From assembly GCA_965228735.1 (NCBI GenBank), contig OZ245838.1, positions 5,888,001 to 5,952,000 of the forward strand: DNA of 64,000 nt. Reading direction: 5' to 3'. The stretch's first letter is position 1, and every line of letters begins with the position of its first letter. Source of the stretch: Planctomycetota bacterium (lineage in GTDB: Bacteria; Planctomycetota; UBA1135; UBA2386). Of the stretch, positions 37,146-46,225 are shown in pieces. A program made the translations under genes and the position numbers. The notes under the pieces were generated by a model, which saw nothing but the letters and a program-made list of their open reading frames with translations, made no database searches and was not told the DNA's origin.

Positions 37146-37745
37146 CTACTGCATGCCGAGCGCCTGCTTGACGACGGGTTCGAGGCGGGTGAGCCCGCAG
37201 GCCTTGCCGAGCGCGAGCGACTCCTCGGGCGTCGCGCCGCCGATCTGGGCCCGCAGCGCGAACAGCGCGCCGACGCGGTTGCTCGAGCCGCACGCGACGA
37301 GCGTCCGCACCGCGGGATCGAGCTTCTTCGACAGCTCGTTGGCGCTGTCCTTCGTGATCCCGGTCTTGCCCGAGATCGGCATGCGGATGAACTCGATGCC
37401 GGCGGCCGCCGCGCGTTCTTCTTCCCAGCCCGTGCCCTTCTCCTTGCTGTCGCGCAGGCAGATCACGCGCTCGATGCCGGCCGCCTTCAGCTTGTCGAAC
37501 TGCTCGGGTTTCATCTGCCCGGAGCAGACGATGTTGTCGAGCGGCGGGGCGAACGAGTAGCCGATGCCGAGCGCGAGGAACTCCTCGTTGCGCGACTCGG
37601 CGCTGGACCCGGCCGCGGGATCGCCCGCGGAGTTGCCGGCAGGATCGTTCGGCGGCGTCGCCGCGTCAGCGGCCTTCTGGCAGCCGGCGAACGGCAGCGC
37701 GAGGGCGAGCACGAGAAAAGGGGATGCAATGCAGCGAGACGTCAT
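37146..37745 (-). CDS. Lipoprotein with BLH/DUF442 phosphatase/sulfurtransferase-like domain
   Basis: Lipobox FAG|C. SGQ, VICLR and a CX5R loop (CGSSNRV). Confidence 0.7.
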   Translation of the reverse strand: MTSRCIASPFLVLALALPFAGCQKAADAATPPNDPAGNSAGDPAAGSSAESRNEEFLALGIGYSFAPPLDNIVCSGQMKPEQFDKLKAAGIERVICLRDSKEKGTGWEEERAAAAGIEFIRMPISGKTGITKDSANELSKKLDPAVRTLVACGSSNRVGALFALRAQIGGATPEESLALGKACGLTRLEPVVKQALGMQ

Positions 37746-37814
37746 CGCGGCAGCGTAGCTCGCTGCGGCCGTCCGTGCACGACCGGGCGGCTCCGGCCGC
37801 GGAAGCAGCGGCGG

Positions 37815-38750
37815 CTACTGCCCGCGCGGCAGCCGGGGAACCTGGTGCTCGCGGTAGAACGTGTCGATGTGCTCCCAGCACTCCTCGGCGGTCTCGGCGT
37901 AGGAGATCAGCTCGAGGTCACGCGGCGAGATGGTCCCTTCCTCGACGAACACGTCCCAGTTGACGAGCCGGTTCCAGTAGTCCTTGCCGAAGAGCACGAC
38001 CGGTAGCGGCTCCATGCGCTTGGTCTGGATCAGCGTCAGCGCTTCGAACAGCTCGTCCATCGTACCGAAGCCGCCGGGGAACGCGACCATCGCCTTCGCC
38101 CGCATGAGGAAGTGCATCTTGCGGATCGCGAAGTACTTGAACTCGAAGCAGAGCTCCGGGCTGATGAAGCTGTTGGGCTCCTGTTCGAACGGCAGCGTGA
38201 TGTTGAGGCCGATCGACTTCGCACCGACGTCGTACGCGCCGCGGTTGGCGGCCTCCATGATGCCGGGGCCGCCGCCCGTGCAGACGACGTAGTCGCAGTG
38301 GCCGTTGGTCTGGCAGTGGCTCGAGACGATGTTCGCGAACTTGCGGGCTTCGTCGTAGTAGTGCGCCTTCTTGCGCACGTTCTTCGCGATCCGGACCGCG
38401 CGCTGCAGGTCCGGGTCGTCGGGGTCGTTCTGCAGTGCGGCCTCGGCAGCGGCGAGGCGCTCGTCGGCGCGGTCCGCTTCCACGACGCGCGTGCCACCGA
38501 AGACGACGACGGTCGATTCGACCTGCTCGTCCTCCATCACGAGGTCGGGCTTGAGCAGCTCGAGCTGCAGCCGCACGGGCCGCAGCTCGACGCGCCCCAT
38601 GAAGTCGGGGTCGGTGTGGGCCTGGCGATACGAGCTCGAGCGCCGGATCGTCGCAATGCGTTCATCGTGGCCCACGCTCGGATCGTCCGCCGGGCCGATC
38701 GTCGTAGGCGCCTGCGGGTCGGTGGGGGGGCCGTCTTGGGTCATGGTCAT
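37815..38750 (-). CDS. LOG family (TIGR00730) nucleotide phosphoribohydrolase
   Basis: TGGGPGIMEAANRGA, FKYFAIRK, PGGFGTMDELFE. Confidence 0.9.
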   Translation of the reverse strand: MTMTQDGPPTDPQAPTTIGPADDPSVGHDERIATIRRSSSYRQAHTDPDFMGRVELRPVRLQLELLKPDLVMEDEQVESTVVVFGGTRVVEADRADERLAAAEAALQNDPDDPDLQRAVRIAKNVRKKAHYYDEARKFANIVSSHCQTNGHCDYVVCTGGGPGIMEAANRGAYDVGAKSIGLNITLPFEQEPNSFISPELCFEFKYFAIRKMHFLMRAKAMVAFPGGFGTMDELFEALTLIQTKRMEPLPVVLFGKDYWNRLVNWDVFVEEGTISPRDLELISYAETAEECWEHIDTFYREHQVPRLPRGQ

Positions 38751-38877
38751 TGCGTCTCTCTGCCTCGGGATCTCCCGAACGAGCACCATCGGCACAATCG
38801 ATGGTCCGACCGGAGCGCTGCCGCGAAGGCGGCGAACTTCCGGGCGATACGGGGTCGTCCCCGTATCGTCGCGCGCG

Positions 38878-40029
38878 ATGGCGACCGCCCGTTTGACCTA
38901 CTGCAGCAACGTCCACGCGACGCCGGACCTCGCCGCGCACGAGGCCGCGTTGCGCACCCATGCAGCGCCTGTGGCACGGGCGTCGCGGGCTGCGGGTCGC
39001 GAGTTCGGACTCGGGGCGTGGTGGCCGGCGGACCTCGCGGCTGGGCTCCTGCGCGATCCGGAGCAGAACGCGAACTACCGCCGGTTGCTCGCCGAGCTCG
39101 AGCTGCCGGTCTGGACCGTCAACGTCTTCCCGTTCGGGGGGTTCCACGACGAGGTGGTCAAGACCGCCGTGTACTCGCCGGACTGGGGGCGCGAGGAGCG
39201 GTTGCAGTACACCCGCGACTGCGCCGAGCTCGCAGCGGGGCTGGCGGAGCGCGACGCGGTCGTTGCGCTGTCGACGCTGCCGGTCGGCTATCGCGGACCG
39301 GGTGACCCGGAGCCCGATCGCCGGCTCATGGCGCGCAACGTCGCGCGGTGTGCGAGCGTGTTCGCGGACCTCGAGGAGCGGACCGGCGTGCGCTGCGTGC
39401 TCGCGCTCGAGCCCGAGCCGAACTGCCTGCTCGAGACCGTTGCCGCGACCGCGCGGTTCCTCGAGGACTGGCTGTTCGACGAAGGCGCGTGGTCGACGAT
39501 CGACGAAGCGGCGTTGCGGCGGCACCTCGGCGTGTGCGTCGACCTGTGCCATCTCGCGGTCGTCGGCGAGGACCCGCTCGCGGCGCTCGCGGACCTGCGC
39601 GCGCGGGGCATCGCCGTGCCCAAGATCCAGGTCAGTTCGTGTCTCGAGGTGCGGGACCCGGGCGGCATCGACCGGCTGCTGTCGTTCGACGAACCGCGCT
39701 ACCTGCATCAGACCGCGGCGGCGAACGGCCGGCGCGCGCTCGACCTCGACGAGGTCCGTGCGCGGCGATCGGAGTTCGAGACCGCGGGGCGGATCCGCAC
39801 GCATTATCACGTGCCGCTCTACTGGGATGAGCCCGGCGCGTTCGGTTCGACGCGCGCCGAGGTCGAGCGGGCGCTCGGCGGGCTTTTCGGAGTGTTCGGC
39901 AGTGACATCCCACTGCTCGAGGTCGAGACCTACACGTGGAGCGTGCTGCAGGGCTTCGATGACGCGGAGCCGCTGGCGCAGCGGTTGGTCCGGGAATTGG
40001 AGTTCGCGGCTGGCTGTCTGCAGCCATGA
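38878..40029 (+). CDS. eboE: EboE-like TIM-barrel protein
   Basis: LTYCSNVH, NVFPFGGFH..VKTAVYSPDW, LEPEPNC, DLCH, EPRYLHQ, RTHYHVP, LEVETYTW. Confidence 0.8.
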   Translation: MATARLTYCSNVHATPDLAAHEAALRTHAAPVARASRAAGREFGLGAWWPADLAAGLLRDPEQNANYRRLLAELELPVWTVNVFPFGGFHDEVVKTAVYSPDWGREERLQYTRDCAELAAGLAERDAVVALSTLPVGYRGPGDPEPDRRLMARNVARCASVFADLEERTGVRCVLALEPEPNCLLETVAATARFLEDWLFDEGAWSTIDEAALRRHLGVCVDLCHLAVVGEDPLAALADLRARGIAVPKIQVSSCLEVRDPGGIDRLLSFDEPRYLHQTAAANGRRALDLDEVRARRSEFETAGRIRTHYHVPLYWDEPGAFGSTRAEVERALGGLFGVFGSDIPLLEVETYTWSVLQGFDDAEPLAQRLVRELEFAAGCLQP

Positions 40030-40031
40030 AG

Positions 40032-40150
40032 GATGGCGGCACCGTTCCCGCTTCGAATCCGCCACCCAGCGATCAGGGCAACTGGAGGGCGAGGCAGGGG
40101 TTGCGCGTAGCGCGGAATGGCGGATTTGAAACGGGTTCGGTACCGCCATC
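40032..40150. repeat. MITE/REPIN-like element with 33-bp imperfect terminal inverted repeats
   Basis: 40032-40064 versus the reverse complement of 40118-40150 gives 28/33 matches. Confidence 0.65.
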
Positions 40151-40194
40151 GGTGGAACGGTGCGGGGGCTTTTGCGTATGGTCCGTGGCCCCCG

Positions 40195-40890
40195 ATGATT
40201 CGCCTCGCTGACGTTCACAAGAGTTATCGCCAGGGCGACCGGGAGGTCGTCGCCTGCGCCGTCGATGCGCTCACGGTCGAGGCCGGTGAGCAGGTCGCGT
40301 TGATCGGTCGGTCCGGGACCGGCAAGACGACGCTGCTGCACATCATGGCCGGCATCCTGCGGGCCGACCGCGGTGAGATCGATGTCGTCGGCCGGCGCGT
40401 CGATCAGCTGTCCGAGTCCGCGCGCGATCGGCATCGCGGCGAGCACATCGGGATGGTGTATCAGACGTTCAACCTGCTGCAGCCGTTCACCGCGCTCGAG
40501 AACGTGCTGCTCGGCGCGCTGTTCGGCAAGGGCTCGGGGGGCGCGGCGAAGGCGCGCGCGCTCGACCTGCTGGATCGCGTGGGGCTCGGCGATCGCGTGC
40601 ACCATCGGCCGAGTGAGCTGTCCGTCGGGCAGGTGCAGCGCGTCGCGATCTGTCGCGCGTTGATCAACGACCCCGAGCTGGTCCTCATGGACGAACCGCT
40701 CGGCAATCAGGACAAGACGACGGGCACGCAGGTGCTCGATCTGCTGCTCGAGATCGCGAGCGAGGCCGGCAAGACGGTCGTCATGGTGACGCACGATCCG
40801 GACTCAGCGGCGCGCATGCAGCGGACGGTCGATCTCGCGACGCTGCGCGCGGACATGGCCGCCGCCGACGCGGTGGAGGTGAACTCGTGA
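40195..40890 (+). CDS. ABC transporter ATP-binding protein (LolD/MacB-type)
   Basis: GRSGTGKTT, LSVGQVQRV, LMDEP, VTHD. Confidence 0.92.
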   Translation: MIRLADVHKSYRQGDREVVACAVDALTVEAGEQVALIGRSGTGKTTLLHIMAGILRADRGEIDVVGRRVDQLSESARDRHRGEHIGMVYQTFNLLQPFTALENVLLGALFGKGSGGAAKARALDLLDRVGLGDRVHHRPSELSVGQVQRVAICRALINDPELVLMDEPLGNQDKTTGTQVLDLLLEIASEAGKTVVMVTHDPDSAARMQRTVDLATLRADMAAADAVEVNS

Positions 40891-42278
40891 ACCTCGGTTC
40901 GATCAGCATGCGCAACCTGCGCATTCGGGCCGTTGCGTCGGGACTGACCGCGCTCGCGATCGTCGTCGCGACGGGGCTCTACGCGGCGATCCTGATGATG
41001 GCCGAGCAGACCGACGAGCGTTACAAGGGCAGCGTCGGCGGGTACGGCGCGGTCATCGGGCCGGAGGGCGCGAGTCAGCTCGAGATCGTGCTCAACACGA
41101 TCTTCAACATCGGGAACGCGCCGGCGCTGATCAAGCTGAGCGCATGTCGTGACGTCCGGGCCGGTCGGTTCGGGGGCCGGACGTCGGTGTTCTACGCGAT
41201 ACCTCAAGCGCGTGGCGACAGCATCAGCTCCTACAACTTCCCGGTCGTCGCGACGATCGACGAGATGTTCACGGAGTTCAAGCGCGGCGGTGAGCCGTTG
41301 CAGATGCAGGAGGGGCGCCACTTCGAGTTCTCATGGGATGACCTCCTCGAACTGGGGAAGGGTCTCGCTGCTTGGGAGACGGATCGCAGGACAGGGAACA
41401 ACACGGGAGCGAAGCGCCCGTTGCTCAACGACAAGCTGCGCGAGTGTGTGATCGGCTCGCGTGTGCAGAACAAACTCGGCTTGCGGCTCGGCGATGTGGT
41501 GACGCCAGTGCACGGCAAGATGAGCGACGTCAACTTTCACGAGCACCCCGAAGCGGCATGCAAGATCGTTGGCATCCTCGCGCCAACGAACTCGCCGCTC
41601 GATTCCACAGTGTTCCTGCCGTTGGGGACGCACCTGCTCATCGACGGTCATGAGGGTGGGGTGTTCATCGTCGACGTTCCGCCCGGCAAGAATCCCGACG
41701 CAGTGAAGAACGAGCCGGTCAACGTCTGGCAGATTGGGTTGACGGCAGTCGTCGCCGATCCCAAAGATCACTTCGGCACCCCATTGTTGCGCGACGCGTT
41801 CTCCCGTCGTGGGGGAGCCCAGGTCAGCTGGCCGCAGGACATCGTCCCGAAGTTCCTTCGCGACATCGGCAACATCGCCGAGGCGCTGATGATCGTCGCC
41901 TGGCTCGTGTTGTTCGGCGCGGGTCTCTCGATCTCCGCGGTCATCTACAACACGATGAACGAACGTCGCCGCGAGATCGCGATCATGCGTTCGCTCGGCG
42001 CGCGCCGCGGTCAGATCTTCGCGATCATCGTGCTCGAGGCCGGCCTCCTGTCGTTCTTCGGCGCGCTGCTCGGCCTCGTGATCTGTCACCTCGCGGCCCT
42101 CGGTCTCGGTGAGATGGTCGAGGATCGCACGGGCGTCTACCTCGAATGGCTGCGCGTTTCGCTCTGGGAGATCTGGCTCCTGCTCGGCGTGACCGGCATC
42201 GGCGCGGTCGCCGGCCTGCTGCCCGCGGTGAAGGGCTCCCTGACCGAAGTCGCCGACAGCCTCGCCCAGAACTACTAG
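40887..42278 (+). CDS. FtsX/MacB-like ABC permease
   Basis: N-terminal TM, large periplasmic loop, ERRREIAIMRSLGA, three C-terminal TMs. GTGA overlap with the ATPase gene. Confidence 0.88.
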   Translation: MNLGSISMRNLRIRAVASGLTALAIVVATGLYAAILMMAEQTDERYKGSVGGYGAVIGPEGASQLEIVLNTIFNIGNAPALIKLSACRDVRAGRFGGRTSVFYAIPQARGDSISSYNFPVVATIDEMFTEFKRGGEPLQMQEGRHFEFSWDDLLELGKGLAAWETDRRTGNNTGAKRPLLNDKLRECVIGSRVQNKLGLRLGDVVTPVHGKMSDVNFHEHPEAACKIVGILAPTNSPLDSTVFLPLGTHLLIDGHEGGVFIVDVPPGKNPDAVKNEPVNVWQIGLTAVVADPKDHFGTPLLRDAFSRRGGAQVSWPQDIVPKFLRDIGNIAEALMIVAWLVLFGAGLSISAVIYNTMNERRREIAIMRSLGARRGQIFAIIVLEAGLLSFFGALLGLVICHLAALGLGEMVEDRTGVYLEWLRVSLWEIWLLLGVTGIGAVAGLLPAVKGSLTEVADSLAQNY

Positions 42279-42279
42279 A

Positions 42280-42376
42280 CCGTACGGTACCGACCGTACG
42301 GTACCTGGTTCATCCTGCCGGGGAGCCCGCGGCGCAGCCGCGGGCTCCCCGGCAGGATGAACCGCGTACCGTACGG
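42280..42376. repeat. CCGTACGG-family REPIN-like hairpin
   Basis: CCGTACGG-N6-CCGTACGGTACCTGGTTCATCCTGCCGGGGAGCCCGCGGC-gca followed by an inverted arm. Confidence 0.88.
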
Positions 42377-42430
42377 GTAGTTTTCCTGTGACGCGGCGGG
42401 GCGCTCACGGGAAGGCGGGCTGGACCTGCG

Positions 42431-45145
42431 ATGAATCACTGCTCGGCACCCCTGCTCCTGACGATGGCATTGTTCCCGGCCGGGCTCATGGCCCAGCAGA
42501 GCGCTGCCATCCTGCACGCCCCGCTCGTCGTCACCCCGGTCGACGCGCCGCCGCTGCAGGCGCTCGGCGATTTCGACGGCGACGGTGACCTCGACGCGAT
42601 CGGCTCGCGCGTGCACCCGACGCAGAACGCGGTCGAGGTCGTGGTGTGGCCGAACGCGGGCGGCGTGTTCGGCGCGCCCGTCGTCGTGCCGCTGCCGTTC
42701 CAGCCGATCGCCGGCGCGGCGCCGCGGTCGCTCGCGCTCGCGGTCGCGGATCTCGACCAGGACGGGCGCGACGACTTCGTCGTGGGTGACGGTGCCGGTG
42801 TCGTGCTCGGTCGAGGCTCGCCGGGGCTGCTGTTCCAGTTCCAGAACGTCGCGCTCCCCGGCGCGCCGCGTGCGCATGCCGTGACCGCCGGGCACTTCGA
42901 CGGCGACCACCTGCCGGACCTCGCGGTTGCCTACGTCGACCAGCAGTCCGCGCTTCGACTCAGCGTCCTGCGCTCGACCGCCGCGCCGCTGCACGCGCAG
43001 GTCGCGATCGCCGCGGGCGCCGTTCCGCGCGTGATCAACGCCGAGCTCGACGATCAGGCCGGCGACGAGTTGCTCGTCAGCGACGAACGAACGGGCGACG
43101 CCTGGCTCTATGGCGTCGCCGTCGGGCAGCTCGCGCTGTTCGCGCCCGTTACCCACGCGCTCACGGGCCCCGGCGCGACCACGTGGCACTGGACCGGGGG
43201 TGACGTCGACGGTGACCAGCGCGACGACCTCGTCGTGTTCCGGCCCGGCGACGGTTCGCACCCGGCGCGGTACCAGCTGCTGCGGCGCACGGGTTCGGTC
43301 GCGTTTGCGGCCACGCCGACCCGCGCGGGCGGGCCGGCACAACGACTCCTCGACGTCGATGGGGACGGCGACCTCGACGGTGTCGGCGGCATCGGCGCAC
43401 CCAGCCCGGTCGCGGGCGCGTGGCCGCGCCTCGACTTCGAGTCGACGTTCACCATCGCGCAGAACGACGGGAACGGCGGCTTCGCCTCGGCATGGCGCGT
43501 GCCGGCCGCGGGCGCGACCCGCCTCGCCGGCGCCGCCGACATCGACGCCGACGGTGACGTCGACCTCGTCGCCGGCCGCTGCGTGTTCTATGGCCGCGGT
43601 CCGCTGCGGTCCGAACCGACGCCGCTCGCGGGCGGCCTCGACGCCCGCACCGACGCGCGGCCGTGGCAACTGCACGACCTCGATCGCGACGGTGATCTCG
43701 ACCTCGCGACCAACCGCAACCGCGGCGATGGCGCGATGACCCCGCGTTCCCAGGTCGTCGCTCCGCCCGCCGGCCACGTGCTCGTCGGCGGCTTCGAGGT
43801 CGACGTCGACGGCGACGGCGCGCGCGATCGGATCGTGCAGCTGCGTGCGGGCAGCACCCCGCAGCAATCGACGTTCGTCGCGATGGCGCTGCTGCAGAAC
43901 AACGGCGGCGGGCACTTCCACTACCAGGGCCCGATCGCGGCGAACGGGTCGTCGTCCGGTCCGGCGACGGCCACGGCCAGCTTCGGCCCGGACAGCTCGC
44001 GCGCGGCCGACTGCGACGGTGACGGCGACGAGGACCTGATCTGGACGAGCGATCCGGCGCGCGGCGAGGGCTTCGCTGCGAGCATCCACTGGAACCAGGG
44101 TGCGCAGCAGGGCGGGCAGTTCGTCGCCGGGCCGAGCTTCAACGCGGCGACGGGTGGGCGCGTCGAGGCCGTGGCCGACTTCGATGGTGACGGGCAGCCG
44201 GACCTGGTGACCTCGGACGGGCTCGCGGTGCACGTGCTGCGCGGCGGCGGTCCTGCGACCCAACCGTTCGCGTCCGCGTGGAGCGGTCCCGCGATGCCGT
44301 TCGAGCCGGCCGCGATCGTGGTCGCCGACGTCGACGACGACGGGCGCCTGGACTTCGCACGGCCTGACCACGCGGGGCAGATCGTGCTGTTCGTCAATCG
44401 AACGCCCGCCGCCGGCCCGCTGCAGTTCGTCGCGACGCCGCTCGCGGGCGTCACGCTCACCGTCCGTGACATCGTGACCGGCCCGCGCGCGACCCTCACC
44501 GCCGCCGACCTCGACGCGGACGGCCGCACGGATCTCGTGGCGGGCGGACTCGCGGGCGAACCGGGAACGAGCGTCGTGCTGCGCCGGTCAGCCTGGTCCG
44601 ATCCGCCGACGCTCGCCGACTACGATGTCACGCGCCAGGCGTTCGCCGGCGGCTTCGCGTGCGACATCGACGGTGACGGCGACGAGGACCTCGTGCTGGA
44701 CCGCGCGATCCACGGCGCGCGCTTCCGCGGGCGGCGCGGCGGCATGCGACTGCAGAAGTTCGAAGGCACGGTCGGCGAGGCCGGCGCCGTGCCGGTGCTC
44801 GGCGGCACGGGGCCGTATCGCATCGGACTCACCGATGTGATGCGGCTCACGGGCGTGCCCGGTCCGACGCTCTCGATCATGGGGCTCGCGCTGCGCGAGG
44901 CCGACCTGCCGGATCACCCGCGCCCGGGCCTGCACCTGCGCCTCGACCCGTCGCTCATGCTCGTCGTCTGGTGGCCGGTGCCGACGAACGGTCAGGGCCG
45001 CGCGGCGGCCATCGCGACCCTGCCGAGCTTCATCATGCCGGGGTTCGCGGGCGTCACGTTCTACGCCCAGGTGTTCGTGGTGGACGCGGCGGCGCCGTCC
45101 GGGTTCACGCAGACCAACGTGCTGGAGAAGCGGATCGGCTGGTAG
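42431..45145 (+). CDS. Secreted FG-GAP/VCBS repeat protein with C-terminal beta domain
   Basis: Signal ...LFPAGLMA|Q. More than 12 D-x-D-G-D-G-x-x-D repeats. Confidence 0.88.
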   Translation: MNHCSAPLLLTMALFPAGLMAQQSAAILHAPLVVTPVDAPPLQALGDFDGDGDLDAIGSRVHPTQNAVEVVVWPNAGGVFGAPVVVPLPFQPIAGAAPRSLALAVADLDQDGRDDFVVGDGAGVVLGRGSPGLLFQFQNVALPGAPRAHAVTAGHFDGDHLPDLAVAYVDQQSALRLSVLRSTAAPLHAQVAIAAGAVPRVINAELDDQAGDELLVSDERTGDAWLYGVAVGQLALFAPVTHALTGPGATTWHWTGGDVDGDQRDDLVVFRPGDGSHPARYQLLRRTGSVAFAATPTRAGGPAQRLLDVDGDGDLDGVGGIGAPSPVAGAWPRLDFESTFTIAQNDGNGGFASAWRVPAAGATRLAGAADIDADGDVDLVAGRCVFYGRGPLRSEPTPLAGGLDARTDARPWQLHDLDRDGDLDLATNRNRGDGAMTPRSQVVAPPAGHVLVGGFEVDVDGDGARDRIVQLRAGSTPQQSTFVAMALLQNNGGGHFHYQGPIAANGSSSGPATATASFGPDSSRAADCDGDGDEDLIWTSDPARGEGFAASIHWNQGAQQGGQFVAGPSFNAATGGRVEAVADFDGDGQPDLVTSDGLAVHVLRGGGPATQPFASAWSGPAMPFEPAAIVVADVDDDGRLDFARPDHAGQIVLFVNRTPAAGPLQFVATPLAGVTLTVRDIVTGPRATLTAADLDADGRTDLVAGGLAGEPGTSVVLRRSAWSDPPTLADYDVTRQAFAGGFACDIDGDGDEDLVLDRAIHGARFRGRRGGMRLQKFEGTVGEAGAVPVLGGTGPYRIGLTDVMRLTGVPGPTLSIMGLALREADLPDHPRPGLHLRLDPSLMLVVWWPVPTNGQGRAAAIATLPSFIMPGFAGVTFYAQVFVVDAAAPSGFTQTNVLEKRIGW

Positions 45146-45343
45146 GGGCCCCCCGGGCTTCGAATCCGCTCGCCCGGCGCTGGGCCAAATCCCCGGTGGC
45201 CAGGGGGTTGTGGCCGGCTGGCGGCGAGACAAAGATACCGAGACTGGTTTCGATCACGGATCCTCGCGTATCGAATGGTCCGATGGGTCGTATACGATGG
45301 TCCGTCGCGCTGGATCCACGGACGTGACCAACCGCCTACTGCC

Positions 45344-46084
45344 ATGAAGATCACCCTGTCGCTCATCGCCTCGCTTCTGCTCGGCTGTTCGCTCCTGGCT
45401 CAAGAACCTCCGAAGCCCGTTTCGGGTAAGGAGATCGAGAAGGCCGAGAAGCAGGACCCGAAGCCGGAGAAGCAGGATCCGAAGAAGCAGGACCCGAAGA
45501 AGCAGGATCCGAAGAAGGGCAAGCAGGACCCCAAGAAGGACCCGAAGAAGGGGGCGGACAAGACCGACGAGCCCAAGATCGAGCAGCCCGCGGCCGACGA
45601 GCCGATTCCGCAGGGCACCGATCCGGCCGACCTCGCCGCGATCAAGAGCGCCGAGCAGATGCTCGAGGCCGAGCGCAAGCTCGCCAAGATGATCAAGGAA
45701 GGCAAGATCACCGGCCTCGACAAGATCCTGCCGTTCGACGAGCTCACGGCCTGGCCCTACGAGGACGGCCTCAAGGGCATGCCGAAGCGCGTGAAGGAGC
45801 TGTCGGGCAAGAAGGTCCTGATGACGGGCTTCATGCTGCCGATCGACGAGGTGCAGAACATCAAGGAGTTCCTCCTCGTGCAGTCGCTGTGGTCGTGCTG
45901 CTACGGCCAGCCGCCGGACATCAACGGCATCGTTCGCTGCGTCATGCCGAAGGGCAAGACGACGGACTACTTCTTCGACCCGCTCAAGATCATCGGCACG
46001 TTCAAGGTCGAGGCGACGGTGCTCGACGGCTACTGCGTCGACATCTACCAGCTGCACGTCGAGAGCCTCGAAGCGATCCGCTGA
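45344..46084 (+). CDS. DUF3299 domain protein with KQDPK low-complexity linker
   Basis: Signal ...SLLA|Q. LSGKKVLMTGFMLP..EFLLV..SCCYGQPP resembles DUF3299. Confidence 0.7.
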   Translation: MKITLSLIASLLLGCSLLAQEPPKPVSGKEIEKAEKQDPKPEKQDPKKQDPKKQDPKKGKQDPKKDPKKGADKTDEPKIEQPAADEPIPQGTDPADLAAIKSAEQMLEAERKLAKMIKEGKITGLDKILPFDELTAWPYEDGLKGMPKRVKELSGKKVLMTGFMLPIDEVQNIKEFLLVQSLWSCCYGQPPDINGIVRCVMPKGKTTDYFFDPLKIIGTFKVEATVLDGYCVDIYQLHVESLEAIR

Positions 46085-46225
46085 GGCGACGCCCGGGGAG
46101 AGGCCGAGGGGGCCGTCCCGCGGGCGCGCGGTTGCCGGGCGGGCTGAACGGCCCGTGGCATCGGCCTGAGGGTTCCCCCCAGCCCGCGCGCAAGCTGGGC
46201 GGCCCCGATGCCGATAGAGGGGGCG

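Noticed and set aside
40037..40064. Sigma54 site or tRNA fragment (TTCGAATCC)
   Set aside because: Poor -12 element (CCGC) and no cloverleaf; explained as the arm of an inverted repeat.
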